Under the pieces are notes generated by a model that saw only the letters and a list, made by a program, of their open reading frames with translations, was not told the origin of the DNA and did not search any database. A DNA stretch of 64,000 bases. Source: Elainellaceae cyanobacterium. GTDB taxonomy: Bacteria; Cyanobacteriota; Cyanobacteriia; CAZCXK01. Below are positions 19,271-28,107 of this stretch, in pieces. Position 1 is the stretch's first letter. Each line of letters begins with the position of its first letter. The stretch lies in the NCBI GenBank assembly GCA_051117555.1, contig JBNPEG010000026.1, forward strand, positions 1 to 64,000. The letters are read 5' to 3'. A program made the position numbers and the translations under genes.

Positions 19271-19768
19271 TTACGGGCGATCGCTCCTTTCTTGATTATC
19301 ACAGCCAACGCGATTCTGGCGTTCAGCGATGATGGTTGCTAGATCAGGTCGTCCGGTTAGGGCAAGTCGCCATTTTGCCCAGATACCGTAGATTGCATTA
19401 GCAATGGGGCGCAGAATTGGCAGGCGGGTCGGTGCATAGATCCATCCCATTCCTAGTATTTCATAAACACGCCGAAATACTTCAAGGTCAGTAAGGACTG
19501 TGCCATCCGGTAGAATTGCGTGGATTCGACCCATTGCCGACTCAAAGTCAATTCTTTCATGCTGGTCAGGGTCATAGTTCTCATCTGTAATGTCTACGAA
19601 TGCAATTCGTCCTTGCTCTGCATCTCGCGTTTTGAGAAAATCTACTTCCCGCAAGCATAATGGGCACTCTCCATCATAGAGGAGTTTAATCTCCCACGAT
19701 GGGGATGATGCAGTTTGGGCTTCTGCTTGATGTTGAGAATCGTTGGATTGAGTGTCGGATAATGTCAT
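19271..19768 (-). CDS. DCC-family thiol-disulfide oxidoreductase (DUF393)
   Basis: LLYDGECPLC motif. Confidence 0.9.
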   Translation of the reverse strand: MTLSDTQSNDSQHQAEAQTASSPSWEIKLLYDGECPLCLREVDFLKTRDAEQGRIAFVDITDENYDPDQHERIDFESAMGRIHAILPDGTVLTDLEVFRRVYEILGMGWIYAPTRLPILRPIANAIYGIWAKWRLALTGRPDLATIIAERQNRVGCDNQERSDRP

Positions 19769-19877
19769 GTCGATACGAATATGAAACTATTCTAAATGTC
19801 CATCGATAGGACATTTAAGGTTACCATGTACCTTTATTTTAAGAAAAATTAAACCACCCGGCTAGGATTAATGCTTG

Positions 19878-21377
19878 TCATTTCGTCTGAGCTGATGGAT
19901 GAAAGCGGTGAAGTACCCGTCCCGGACGTGCGTCGGTCACGTGTCCTGCTTCCCAAACGATCTGCCCATTCACAAAAACCATCTGAATGCCCGATGCAGG
20001 TTGCGTTGGGTGCTCAAATGTGGCGCGATCGCCAATTTGATTCGCATCGAATATCACCAGATCAGCATAGTTACCCACTTTGATGACACCGCGATCGCGC
20101 AGTTGAAATTGGGTAGCAGGCAGGCCAGTCATCCGATAGACGGCATCTTCAAGCGTTAATAGCCCTACATCCCGCGCATAGTGCCCCAAGACCCTGGGAA
20201 ACGTGCCCCACAGCCGAGGATGGGGAAATTGGTCGTGGGGTAGCCCATCCGAGCCAATCATACTGTGAGGATACGCCAAGATGCGCTGCACGTCGGCTTC
20301 ATCCATCTGAAAGTAGACGGCTCCGGCAGGCTGGAGTCGTTGCGCAGCCTCTGCAAGAGGACAGTTCCATTCATGGGCAATATCAGACAGATCGCGACCT
20401 GCCATGCGAGGTTCAGACTCAGACCAGGTGACAATGATGCGAATGTGCTCGTCCATCAAGTCGGGCATGAGCACCGTCGAGCTTGCGGCATAGGGGTAGA
20501 CATCAAGCCCAACCGGGTGATGTTGGCGTGCCTGATCGATCAAGGATAATGTTTTGGAGCTACGTCCCCAGTTGCGCCGTCCTGCGCACTTATGATGAGA
20601 AATTACCACGGGAACCCCTGCTGCTTGAGCGGTTTCAAAGGTTTCTTGGAGCGACTCTTCCACAAAGTCTGCTTCATCCCGCATGTGAGTCGTGTAGATA
20701 CCGCCAGACGAGGCTAGCAACTCTACCAAGGCAATGACTTCCTCTTTGGGGGCAGCTCGATTCGTTGGGTAAAACAATCCCGTTGAAAAGCCAATTGCTC
20801 CATTGTCTAGCGCATCCTGGAGGAGCGATCGCATCTGATCGATTTCAGCACGACTCGCAGGACGATCGACCTTGCTCATCACCCGGACTCGCAGCGTCGA
20901 ATGCCCCACTAACATCGCAGCATTAATCGTAGGTGGATGGGCTTCCACAGCCGCAATATAGTCTCCAAAGGTTTCAAATCGATACCAGTGGCGATCGCCC
21001 AATAAGTCGAGTGGGGGAGGTGGACGATCTGTGACAATTAACGGAGCAAGACTGACACCACAGTTGCCTGTGATCACAGTCGTGACGCCTTGGCTAACTT
21101 TGGGGCGCATCTCTGGAGAGGATAGCAATGCCCGGTCGTCATGGGTGTGAGCGTCGATGAACCCCGGAGTGATGGTGAATCCAGTCGCATCGATGGTGTG
21201 AGCAGCTCTGTAATGAGACAAATCACCTACAGCAGAAAGGCGATCGCCTGTAACTGCCAGGTCTGCTTGAACCCGATGAGCACCTGTGCCGTCAATAATC
21301 GTACCGTTGAGAATCAAACGATCAGCAGTGTGATCATCGGGGGGATGATCAGCAGTGTGAGTTGAAGTAATATCCAT
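19878..21377 (-). CDS. N-acyl-D-amino-acid deacylase (D-aminoacylase)
   Basis: PGFIDAHTHDD, QGVTTVITGNCG, THMRDE, SHHK, GSDG, PHPRLWGTFPR. Confidence 0.92.
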   Translation of the reverse strand: MDITSTHTADHPPDDHTADRLILNGTIIDGTGAHRVQADLAVTGDRLSAVGDLSHYRAAHTIDATGFTITPGFIDAHTHDDRALLSSPEMRPKVSQGVTTVITGNCGVSLAPLIVTDRPPPPLDLLGDRHWYRFETFGDYIAAVEAHPPTINAAMLVGHSTLRVRVMSKVDRPASRAEIDQMRSLLQDALDNGAIGFSTGLFYPTNRAAPKEEVIALVELLASSGGIYTTHMRDEADFVEESLQETFETAQAAGVPVVISHHKCAGRRNWGRSSKTLSLIDQARQHHPVGLDVYPYAASSTVLMPDLMDEHIRIIVTWSESEPRMAGRDLSDIAHEWNCPLAEAAQRLQPAGAVYFQMDEADVQRILAYPHSMIGSDGLPHDQFPHPRLWGTFPRVLGHYARDVGLLTLEDAVYRMTGLPATQFQLRDRGVIKVGNYADLVIFDANQIGDRATFEHPTQPASGIQMVFVNGQIVWEAGHVTDARPGRVLHRFHPSAQTK

Positions 21378-21387
21378 CTGACTCTTG

Positions 21388-22329
21388 TTATAAATGGTTT
21401 GGAATCTGAATACCTGTTTGTTCGCAAATCAGACGGTAATGCTCTGGGTGACGATGGGCGGCAAAATTAAAGATTGTGCGCTTGTAGGGCAGTCCGGCAT
21501 CTAGGTCACATCGAGCGACAATTAGTTCATCGTCAACCGTGAGCGCCTTTGCCACGATCTCACCTGAGGGTGCAATAATGGCGCTGTCACCAATTAGCAT
21601 ACAGCCCTCTTCATTGCCGCATTTGGCGACTCCAACAACCCACGTGCCGTTTTGATAGGCGCCAGCCTGCATCGATAAGTGATTATGAAAGTGGTTGAGA
21701 TGATCGCTCGATGGGTCGTAGGGATTATGCTGCGGCGTATTGTAGCCTATGAAAATCATCTCAACGCCTTGAAGACCCAAGACTCGATAGGTTTCACACC
21801 AGCGGCGATCGTTACAGATACACATCCCCAAAATGCCATCAAATGCTCGAAAGACTTGAAATCCTAGATTGCCGATCTCGAAGTAACGCTTTTCAAGATG
21901 CTGAAAGTCTCGCCACGGTTCGAAGTCTCGATGACCAGGTAGATGTATTTTGCGATATTTACCCACGATCGTTCCAGTTTCATCTACCGTGATGGATGTA
22001 TTGTAGCGATGGGGTTTTCCATTTTCGAGCGCTAGTTCAGCGTAGCCGAGATGAAAGCCAATCCCAAGTTGAGCGGCTGCATCAAATAACGGCTGAGTGT
22101 CAGAATTCGGCAGGTTTGGCTCAAAAAAAGTATCAATTTCTGCTTGGTTCTCCATGTACCATCGAGGGAAAAAGTTGGTTAATGCGAGTTCTGGATACAC
22201 GACTACATCACAGCCCATACTTTTTGCTTGCTTCATGAGGTCGAGTAAACGACTCACGACCTGGGTACGGGATTCATTGCGCGCAATGGGACCCAGTTGA
22301 GCGGCTCCAACCGTAATCACTCTACTCAT
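21388..22329 (-). CDS. N-carbamoyl-D-amino-acid hydrolase (nitrilase superfamily)
   Basis: PELALT.FFPRW, YRKIHLPGH, ICNDRRW catalytic E-K-C triad. Confidence 0.92.
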   Translation of the reverse strand: MSRVITVGAAQLGPIARNESRTQVVSRLLDLMKQAKSMGCDVVVYPELALTNFFPRWYMENQAEIDTFFEPNLPNSDTQPLFDAAAQLGIGFHLGYAELALENGKPHRYNTSITVDETGTIVGKYRKIHLPGHRDFEPWRDFQHLEKRYFEIGNLGFQVFRAFDGILGMCICNDRRWCETYRVLGLQGVEMIFIGYNTPQHNPYDPSSDHLNHFHNHLSMQAGAYQNGTWVVGVAKCGNEEGCMLIGDSAIIAPSGEIVAKALTVDDELIVARCDLDAGLPYKRTIFNFAAHRHPEHYRLICEQTGIQIPNHL

Positions 22330-23282
22330 TTATCATCCTCTCGATAGTTCATGCGAATGGTAGATTGACCACTCATATCAACGAGTTGCCCGTGTTTAAC
22401 AGTACACATGGGCTCAAATAGTGTTTTCCCGAATATTCGACCACTGGTTTGACGAATGACGCTGTGCAAATAAATAGCCGCTCCAATTTGTTCTCCGTGG
22501 GCAAACCGTGAGTCTGTTGTCACAATATGTTTGGCAACCCCGTTCTCATCCACGATGATTGCATCTTCGCCTCCCATCGTCACTGAAATGCCGACAGGAA
22601 TGGTGATCCATCCGGTCGCGGTTCGGGGTGCTGTCATCTCATCGAAAGCAATCTCTGCCACCAATGACGCCAAGGAGGAATGAGGGCGAATGGCATTGTG
22701 CAACACAGATACTCGAGTACCTGACACTGCGTCTTCGTAGAATGCGTGGCCTAAATCAGGACGACGTTGAACCCGCTCGGAATTTTGAGCATATACACGA
22801 CCTGCTAGGTCTACCGCAATCAGCCCTGCATCAGCCTGAGGATTCCGCTCTAATACGGTTTTAACGGCAATATGAGCAGGCGTACCCTCAATCAAGTCAT
22901 TAAGAACCTGAGAGTTGAGAGACTGTCCATCAATGCCGACGCTGTTGGGCAGCCGATGTCCGCTGACAAGCCCTCCCCTGGCATCCGCCAATAAGAATTG
23001 ATCGAGAGGAATAGGGCGATCGGGGCCACTAGAAATCACCGCAGCGGCGATCGCCTGCGCAACGGGTTCAGGAGGTTCAACTCCAGTGTGTTCTCCATCA
23101 ACAAATAAGGTTTGACTCCCGCCTCGCTGGGTTTCGTAACGATAGACCGTGCCATGGTGAGATAGAGCCGCATAGACAGCAAACCCACCGATCGCACCTC
23201 GTCCAACGGCTTCCGCAGCCTGTAGTGCCCTGAACACGGCAAGTCCGGCTTGAGATCCAAATGCACCTATCCCGATTGTCAC
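22326..23282 (-). CDS. Uncharacterised protein, first gene of D-amino-acid hydrolase operon
   Basis: 318-aa ORF; stop overlaps the next start (ATGA); begins M-T-I-G-I. Confidence 0.8.
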   Translation of the reverse strand: MTIGIGAFGSQAGLAVFRALQAAEAVGRGAIGGFAVYAALSHHGTVYRYETQRGGSQTLFVDGEHTGVEPPEPVAQAIAAAVISSGPDRPIPLDQFLLADARGGLVSGHRLPNSVGIDGQSLNSQVLNDLIEGTPAHIAVKTVLERNPQADAGLIAVDLAGRVYAQNSERVQRRPDLGHAFYEDAVSGTRVSVLHNAIRPHSSLASLVAEIAFDEMTAPRTATGWITIPVGISVTMGGEDAIIVDENGVAKHIVTTDSRFAHGEQIGAAIYLHSVIRQTSGRIFGKTLFEPMCTVKHGQLVDMSGQSTIRMNYREDDK

Positions 23283-23644
23283 GATCTCTCATCCTTTTGA
23301 AAGGAGCTACGGGGGAGCCAGTTTTGTGCTAGCCCTTGACGTTATTTCTTTACAGCCCCTAACCTACCACTCGTTAAATTTGAAAGAGTAAAATTCATCA
23401 CATTTTATCAGTTGAATAGGTCGAGCTATATCAACATCCCAACAAACCCCAATAAACCCCAACAGGGAGGCTAATTGTCACTACGTCCTAGCATAAAAAC
23501 AGGGACACGCAATTTGGTGTCCCTCAATCGACTGCTTGGATCTGATTGACTGAAGTACGGTTAGGGCTTACAGCGATACCGGCTGATTAAACGCACCATT
23601 TCGGAATGATCTTGAATGAAATGGTGTCATCTAAACCTCACTGC

Positions 23645-24130
23645 CTAAGGTGTAGGCGTAGAGTGCTCATTCGCGGTCGTCGATGACTGATTGGGCGTTG
23701 GATGATAGCCGTTTGATTCCGTGTCTAAAAACTCATCGGTATCATTTTGAAATTCGAGCAAGAGTTGCTTGTCGATATCACTTAAATCAGGATCTGGATT
23801 ATCTAACATTTCTTGAATCGTTTGCTCAACCAGCGATGCTTGCTCTTCAGCTTCTAATAACTCTGCCTCGAATTCAGGGGTGAGGAGATCTTCAAATGGC
23901 TTGAGCTGCTCATATTTTGCCTTGACAGTCTGAAGCTCTGATTCAATACTGCCTTTTTCTTGCTTTAAGGTGGCAATGGTTTGTTTGTAAGACCGCACCG
24001 CTTGGAGCACTTCAGGCAACTTGCTCTTTAGGGTCATGTATTCAACATCGAGTTTTTGAAAACGCTCAGCGAGTTGGGTATACGCGCGGCAGAGTTTGGT
24101 ATAACGTTCAGCGATCGTAGTCATAGTCAA
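23645..24130 (-). CDS. Coiled-coil hypothetical protein
   Basis: 161-aa helical ORF; AGGAG SD; real start may be ATG 24124. Confidence 0.7.
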   Translation of the reverse strand: MTMTTIAERYTKLCRAYTQLAERFQKLDVEYMTLKSKLPEVLQAVRSYKQTIATLKQEKGSIESELQTVKAKYEQLKPFEDLLTPEFEAELLEAEEQASLVEQTIQEMLDNPDPDLSDIDKQLLLEFQNDTDEFLDTESNGYHPTPNQSSTTANEHSTPTP

Positions 24131-24173
24131 CTCCTATCATGGTCTATAGATCATGGGTTCAACGTCATATGAA

Positions 24174-24274
24174 TATAGCAATCTCAAATGGGTTGTGAGC
24201 AGTAGGGGCAGCGTCCTTGCCTACCGGTCAAACACAATTCAAAAGCACAGTTCACAGCGATTTAGATCGCGATA
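24174..24274. mobile_element. MITE-like family C copy containing a GTAG-type REP-like hairpin
   Basis: TATAGCAATCTCAAATGG...GATTTAGATCGCGATA ends match 14399-14478; internal GTAGGGGC...TGCCTAC. Confidence 0.65.
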
Positions 24275-24433
24275 GAAACAGGATTTGTCATAAGAGATAG
24301 CGGCAATCATTTACCATTAGGTCATTGATACCCTGTATTCCCTGAATTTTACAAGTTTCCTAAGCATTAGTATTTTTTCTGATTTGGTCACCACAACTGT
24401 CTTTTGCAGTACGGTTTTGGGTGAGGGATGTCA

Positions 24434-24715
24434 TCATTTCATAGGTTTTTTGCCCATGCCTGTGGGGTTTGGAAGGTGGGGATCAGTTGGAGACAGTGGC
24501 GATCGCCCCGTTGTACATGTCGTAGGCTCGCTCAAAATCTGTTCAATCTGCTGCTGCATGTGCTGAAACTCATCACGCAACTCAGTCGGTTCGCAAATCG
24601 TCATCGGAGTATCTAACTCAAGCAGCACCAGGGCAAGCCATCGCAGGCTTTCGACATATCCTTGCAAGACCACTCCGTCTTCAGTCGTAGTCAAGATTCC
24701 TAACGTGACAGGCAA
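24434..24715 (-). pseudogene. C-terminal remnant of a YafY/WYL-family regulator
   Basis: L.WLA..LL.L..P..I.EP.ELR motif typical of the WYL C-terminal (WCX) region; HTH and WYL parts absent. Confidence 0.55.
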
Positions 24716-24727
24716 CTTAGACTTTGA

Positions 24728-27700
24728 CTACCTGCTGATCGCTGCGGCTTCTAATAGGCGCTTCACTTTATTGACAAGTTCAATCGTCGAAAACCCTTTG
24801 GTGAGATAGTCTGTTGCGCCGAGGCGTTTTGCTTCCGTAAACCATTCTTCAGACAACCGAGATGAAATCACCAGAACGGGAGCCTTGATTCCAGCTTGTC
24901 GGCATCGTTCAATGAGCGTAAAACCATCCATGCCCGGCATCTCGATGTCAGTGATGATGAGAGTCGGCTGCGGATTTTTCTGAATCCAAGTCCAGGCTTC
25001 TAGCCCATCTGCACAGGTGTGGGTGGTATGGCCGTAGGCCGTCAAACTTGCCTCAATGCGGCGGCGAATCAGGGCTGCATCATCCACAATCAGGATGGCT
25101 TGCGTCGAGTCGTCTAGTTCGATTGCACTGGGTTGGGCAGGAGCGACGCTGGCAATATTGAGCTGTTCGGCTGGCGTCGTTAACAGCCAATCGGCGATCG
25201 CCGTGGCCTCTAAAACCGGGATCAATCTGCCGTCGGTTTGCAGACTGACTCCCATCAAGCCATCTGGCGCAACGAGCGGGTTGGGCAGCGGATTGATGAG
25301 CAAGTCAGATTGCCCCAATAGCTCATCGGCAATCAGCCAGATGCCCCGAGACCAGTTTTGAGAGGTGTCTTGAGAAATATCGTGAGGCGTATCTTGAGAG
25401 CGAACATACACACCAACGGCAGTATAGGGAAGCGATCGCTCCAGAGGACGAGGTCGCCAATATTCCAACAGGTCTAACGCAGGTGTTGTATTGCCGTCAT
25501 CATCATAAACCAGCCTAGAGTAAATCAAATCATTAGTATTAACCCGAGTCACCGTTAAGGTATCGAAGAGCGTTGTTGTGCGGATATCTTCGGTAGGAAT
25601 GGCAAACGTGCGATCGCCCGCTTGAAGCATCAGACACGATACCAACAGGTGCGGCACCGGGAACTGGAGATGAAAGGTCGTACCGACGCCGGGTGTTGTC
25701 TCAAGACTTAATTTGCCGCCAAGACTGGAAATTTGCGCGGCTACGATATCCATACCAACTCCCCGCCCCGAGATGTCACTGACATTAGCCTCCGAGCTAA
25801 AACCCGGCTGACAAATAACAGCTAGCAGGTCAGATGAGGTTTGAATTTGGGTAAGAGGCAAGCCTAGATTTTTTGCCCGTGTTTCAATAGTGGCGGCATC
25901 CATGCCGCGACCATCATCTCGAAACCGAACTTGGAACGAATTTCCTTGCCGTTGCAGGGATAGAGTCATCGTGCCCTGTTCGGGTTTGCCTTCAGCAGCC
26001 CGTTGAAGAGGGTGCTCTAGCCCATGGTCATAGGCATTTCGAATCAGGTGCAAGAGAACAGGCTCCAACTTGCGGGCAGTACTGACATCCAGTTCAATGT
26101 GTTCACCGTGCACGATGAGTCGAGCAGGCTTGCCAACGCGGGTAATCAAATCTCGAAGTATTGCCCTAGCGCGGAAACCTAAATTTTGGAACGGGACAAG
26201 TCGACTCTCTTCAATCGTATTTTGTAGTCTTAGAAGATTACTATCTAAGCTTTGCAAGCTTTCCGAGGTTTGTAGAGCCGTTCTGTCTGCTTCGGTGCCC
26301 AGCTCAGAAAGCCTCAAACTAGTTTCTAATAAGCGATTAATCGCCGTGTAGCCCTGACGATAACGTTCGGGGGTAGGGCCTTGAGCATTTCTATTTAAGC
26401 TATTGAGCAGGGCATAGTCGTCCTGAATTTGTCGGAGTTGCGTGATATATTGAGCGCCTTCTTGGGCAAGGGCAACTAATTGCGTAATTTGAGCTTGCAG
26501 GGTTTGATAGAAGCCTTTCGTCATTCGGGCTGTGAGCAGGGTTTCTATCAAATATTGGGCAGACTGATCCAGCTTTTCTAGGGGAACAGGAATTTGAACC
26601 CGTTCAGTCCTATCGCTGGCCCGATTGGGCTGGGGTGAGCGGATAGACTGAACATTATCGTGATCAATCTCTGCATCTAGGGCAAACGGAGTACTGTCGG
26701 TGATCTGGGTGAAATCGACAGACTCGTTATCTGAACTATCATTTGAACTATCATTTGAACTATCATTTGAACTATCAGCAGTACTATCAGCAGTACTATC
26801 AGCAGTACTATCAGATATATCGTTATTTATAGTCGCGTCAGCGCTTTCACTGACCTCAGCATTGATTGGAGCATTGATTGGAGCATTGATTGGGTCACTC
26901 GTGGCTAGAGAATCAGGAGGATAGATATCCGCACCATTAGCGAAGTCATCGACGAGTTCAAGCTCATCTGAAAATAGAGGATTGTCATCAATCAAGGAGT
27001 CAGGCTCGGGATCAAGCGCCTCCGATGTTTCGTCACTATCAGTTGGATATTCAGCAAACTCCAGCGCCTCTACGACCTGTCCGGCGCCAGTAATCTCGCT
27101 GGGTGGCGTTGATTCATGAGTATGGTGATCATCAAGAATCTCCCTGTCAGATTGATTGCTTACGTCTTGCCTCTCAGGGCTAGGCTGAATCGAGAAATCG
27201 TCAAGTCGGTGAAGTAGTGGCGATCGCCCAGTTGGCATCCATATGGGTTCAGAGACATCCTCGATATCTTCCAGTTCAAATTCGACAGAGTTTCCACCCT
27301 GTTTAGCACAAGCCTTGAGTGCCGTAAATAATCGAGGAATTTGGGAGCGCCAGATTGAATTTAACGGACGACTCAGGAGGGCGTCGGCTTGGTCTAGCAA
27401 ATCAAACCAGCCCAAGGCAAATTGCAAGTCTTGCCCAATTTGCCGGAGTTGATCCCAGGTTTGACGGGCAATAGCAATCGTGGCTTCAAACACCGACCCT
27501 TGATGGGGCGATCGCTCTAGAGCGATTTCTAAATCAAGGACAACTAGTTCAAATCCTTGCTCAGCAAACTCGTGGTGCAGGTGTTGTTGCTCATTCCAGG
27601 TGGGTAAATACCGCTCCCGCACCTGATTATGAAGGATCTGAATACGGTTCAGAGCCGGTTCAATTTGAGCCAAAATGGAGGCATTTGATCCAGAGATGTC

Positions 27701-28060
27701 TAAGGTGCCCGTCAAGAGCTCTCCCGTTTCGAGCAGGATTTGGTGGAAGTGTCCATCATCTAACGCCGGAGCATTCTCGAGATGTCTAAGGTCAGAAAGC
27801 AGGTCTTCTATAACCGTTGCTACTTTTAAGACTGCTTCTGCGGCAACCGTAACCGCGCCACCTTTGATGGTATGAATACAGCGGTAGAGTTCTTGGATAT
27901 CAGCCGTCCAAGACTCAGGATGAAGGTGCTCCGCAATCTGGTGATAGCGTTGCAAATAGTTTTGGGTGTCAACCGCAAATAGAGCGCGTAGCTCTTGCTG
28001 CAACTGTGCTTCAGCGATTGCTTCTGGATCGTGTGACGGATCAACGTCTGAAATCGACAT
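24728..28060 (-). CDS. CheA-like hybrid histidine kinase (Hpt, HATPase, CheW, REC)
   Basis: HTIKGG Hpt, HLIRNAYDHGLE, DDGRGMD, SGRGVGMD, C-terminal REC (IVDD...TDIEMP). Confidence 0.95.
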   Translation of the reverse strand: MSISDVDPSHDPEAIAEAQLQQELRALFAVDTQNYLQRYHQIAEHLHPESWTADIQELYRCIHTIKGGAVTVAAEAVLKVATVIEDLLSDLRHLENAPALDDGHFHQILLETGELLTGTLDISGSNASILAQIEPALNRIQILHNQVRERYLPTWNEQQHLHHEFAEQGFELVVLDLEIALERSPHQGSVFEATIAIARQTWDQLRQIGQDLQFALGWFDLLDQADALLSRPLNSIWRSQIPRLFTALKACAKQGGNSVEFELEDIEDVSEPIWMPTGRSPLLHRLDDFSIQPSPERQDVSNQSDREILDDHHTHESTPPSEITGAGQVVEALEFAEYPTDSDETSEALDPEPDSLIDDNPLFSDELELVDDFANGADIYPPDSLATSDPINAPINAPINAEVSESADATINNDISDSTADSTADSTADSSNDSSNDSSNDSSDNESVDFTQITDSTPFALDAEIDHDNVQSIRSPQPNRASDRTERVQIPVPLEKLDQSAQYLIETLLTARMTKGFYQTLQAQITQLVALAQEGAQYITQLRQIQDDYALLNSLNRNAQGPTPERYRQGYTAINRLLETSLRLSELGTEADRTALQTSESLQSLDSNLLRLQNTIEESRLVPFQNLGFRARAILRDLITRVGKPARLIVHGEHIELDVSTARKLEPVLLHLIRNAYDHGLEHPLQRAAEGKPEQGTMTLSLQRQGNSFQVRFRDDGRGMDAATIETRAKNLGLPLTQIQTSSDLLAVICQPGFSSEANVSDISGRGVGMDIVAAQISSLGGKLSLETTPGVGTTFHLQFPVPHLLVSCLMLQAGDRTFAIPTEDIRTTTLFDTLTVTRVNTNDLIYSRLVYDDDGNTTPALDLLEYWRPRPLERSLPYTAVGVYVRSQDTPHDISQDTSQNWSRGIWLIADELLGQSDLLINPLPNPLVAPDGLMGVSLQTDGRLIPVLEATAIADWLLTTPAEQLNIASVAPAQPSAIELDDSTQAILIVDDAALIRRRIEASLTAYGHTTHTCADGLEAWTWIQKNPQPTLIITDIEMPGMDGFTLIERCRQAGIKAPVLVISSRLSEEWFTEAKRLGATDYLTKGFSTIELVNKVKRLLEAAAISR

Positions 28061-28107
28061 GATAACTAACCCTATGATCAGTTTGAGCGATAGTGCATGG
28101 GCTGAAT

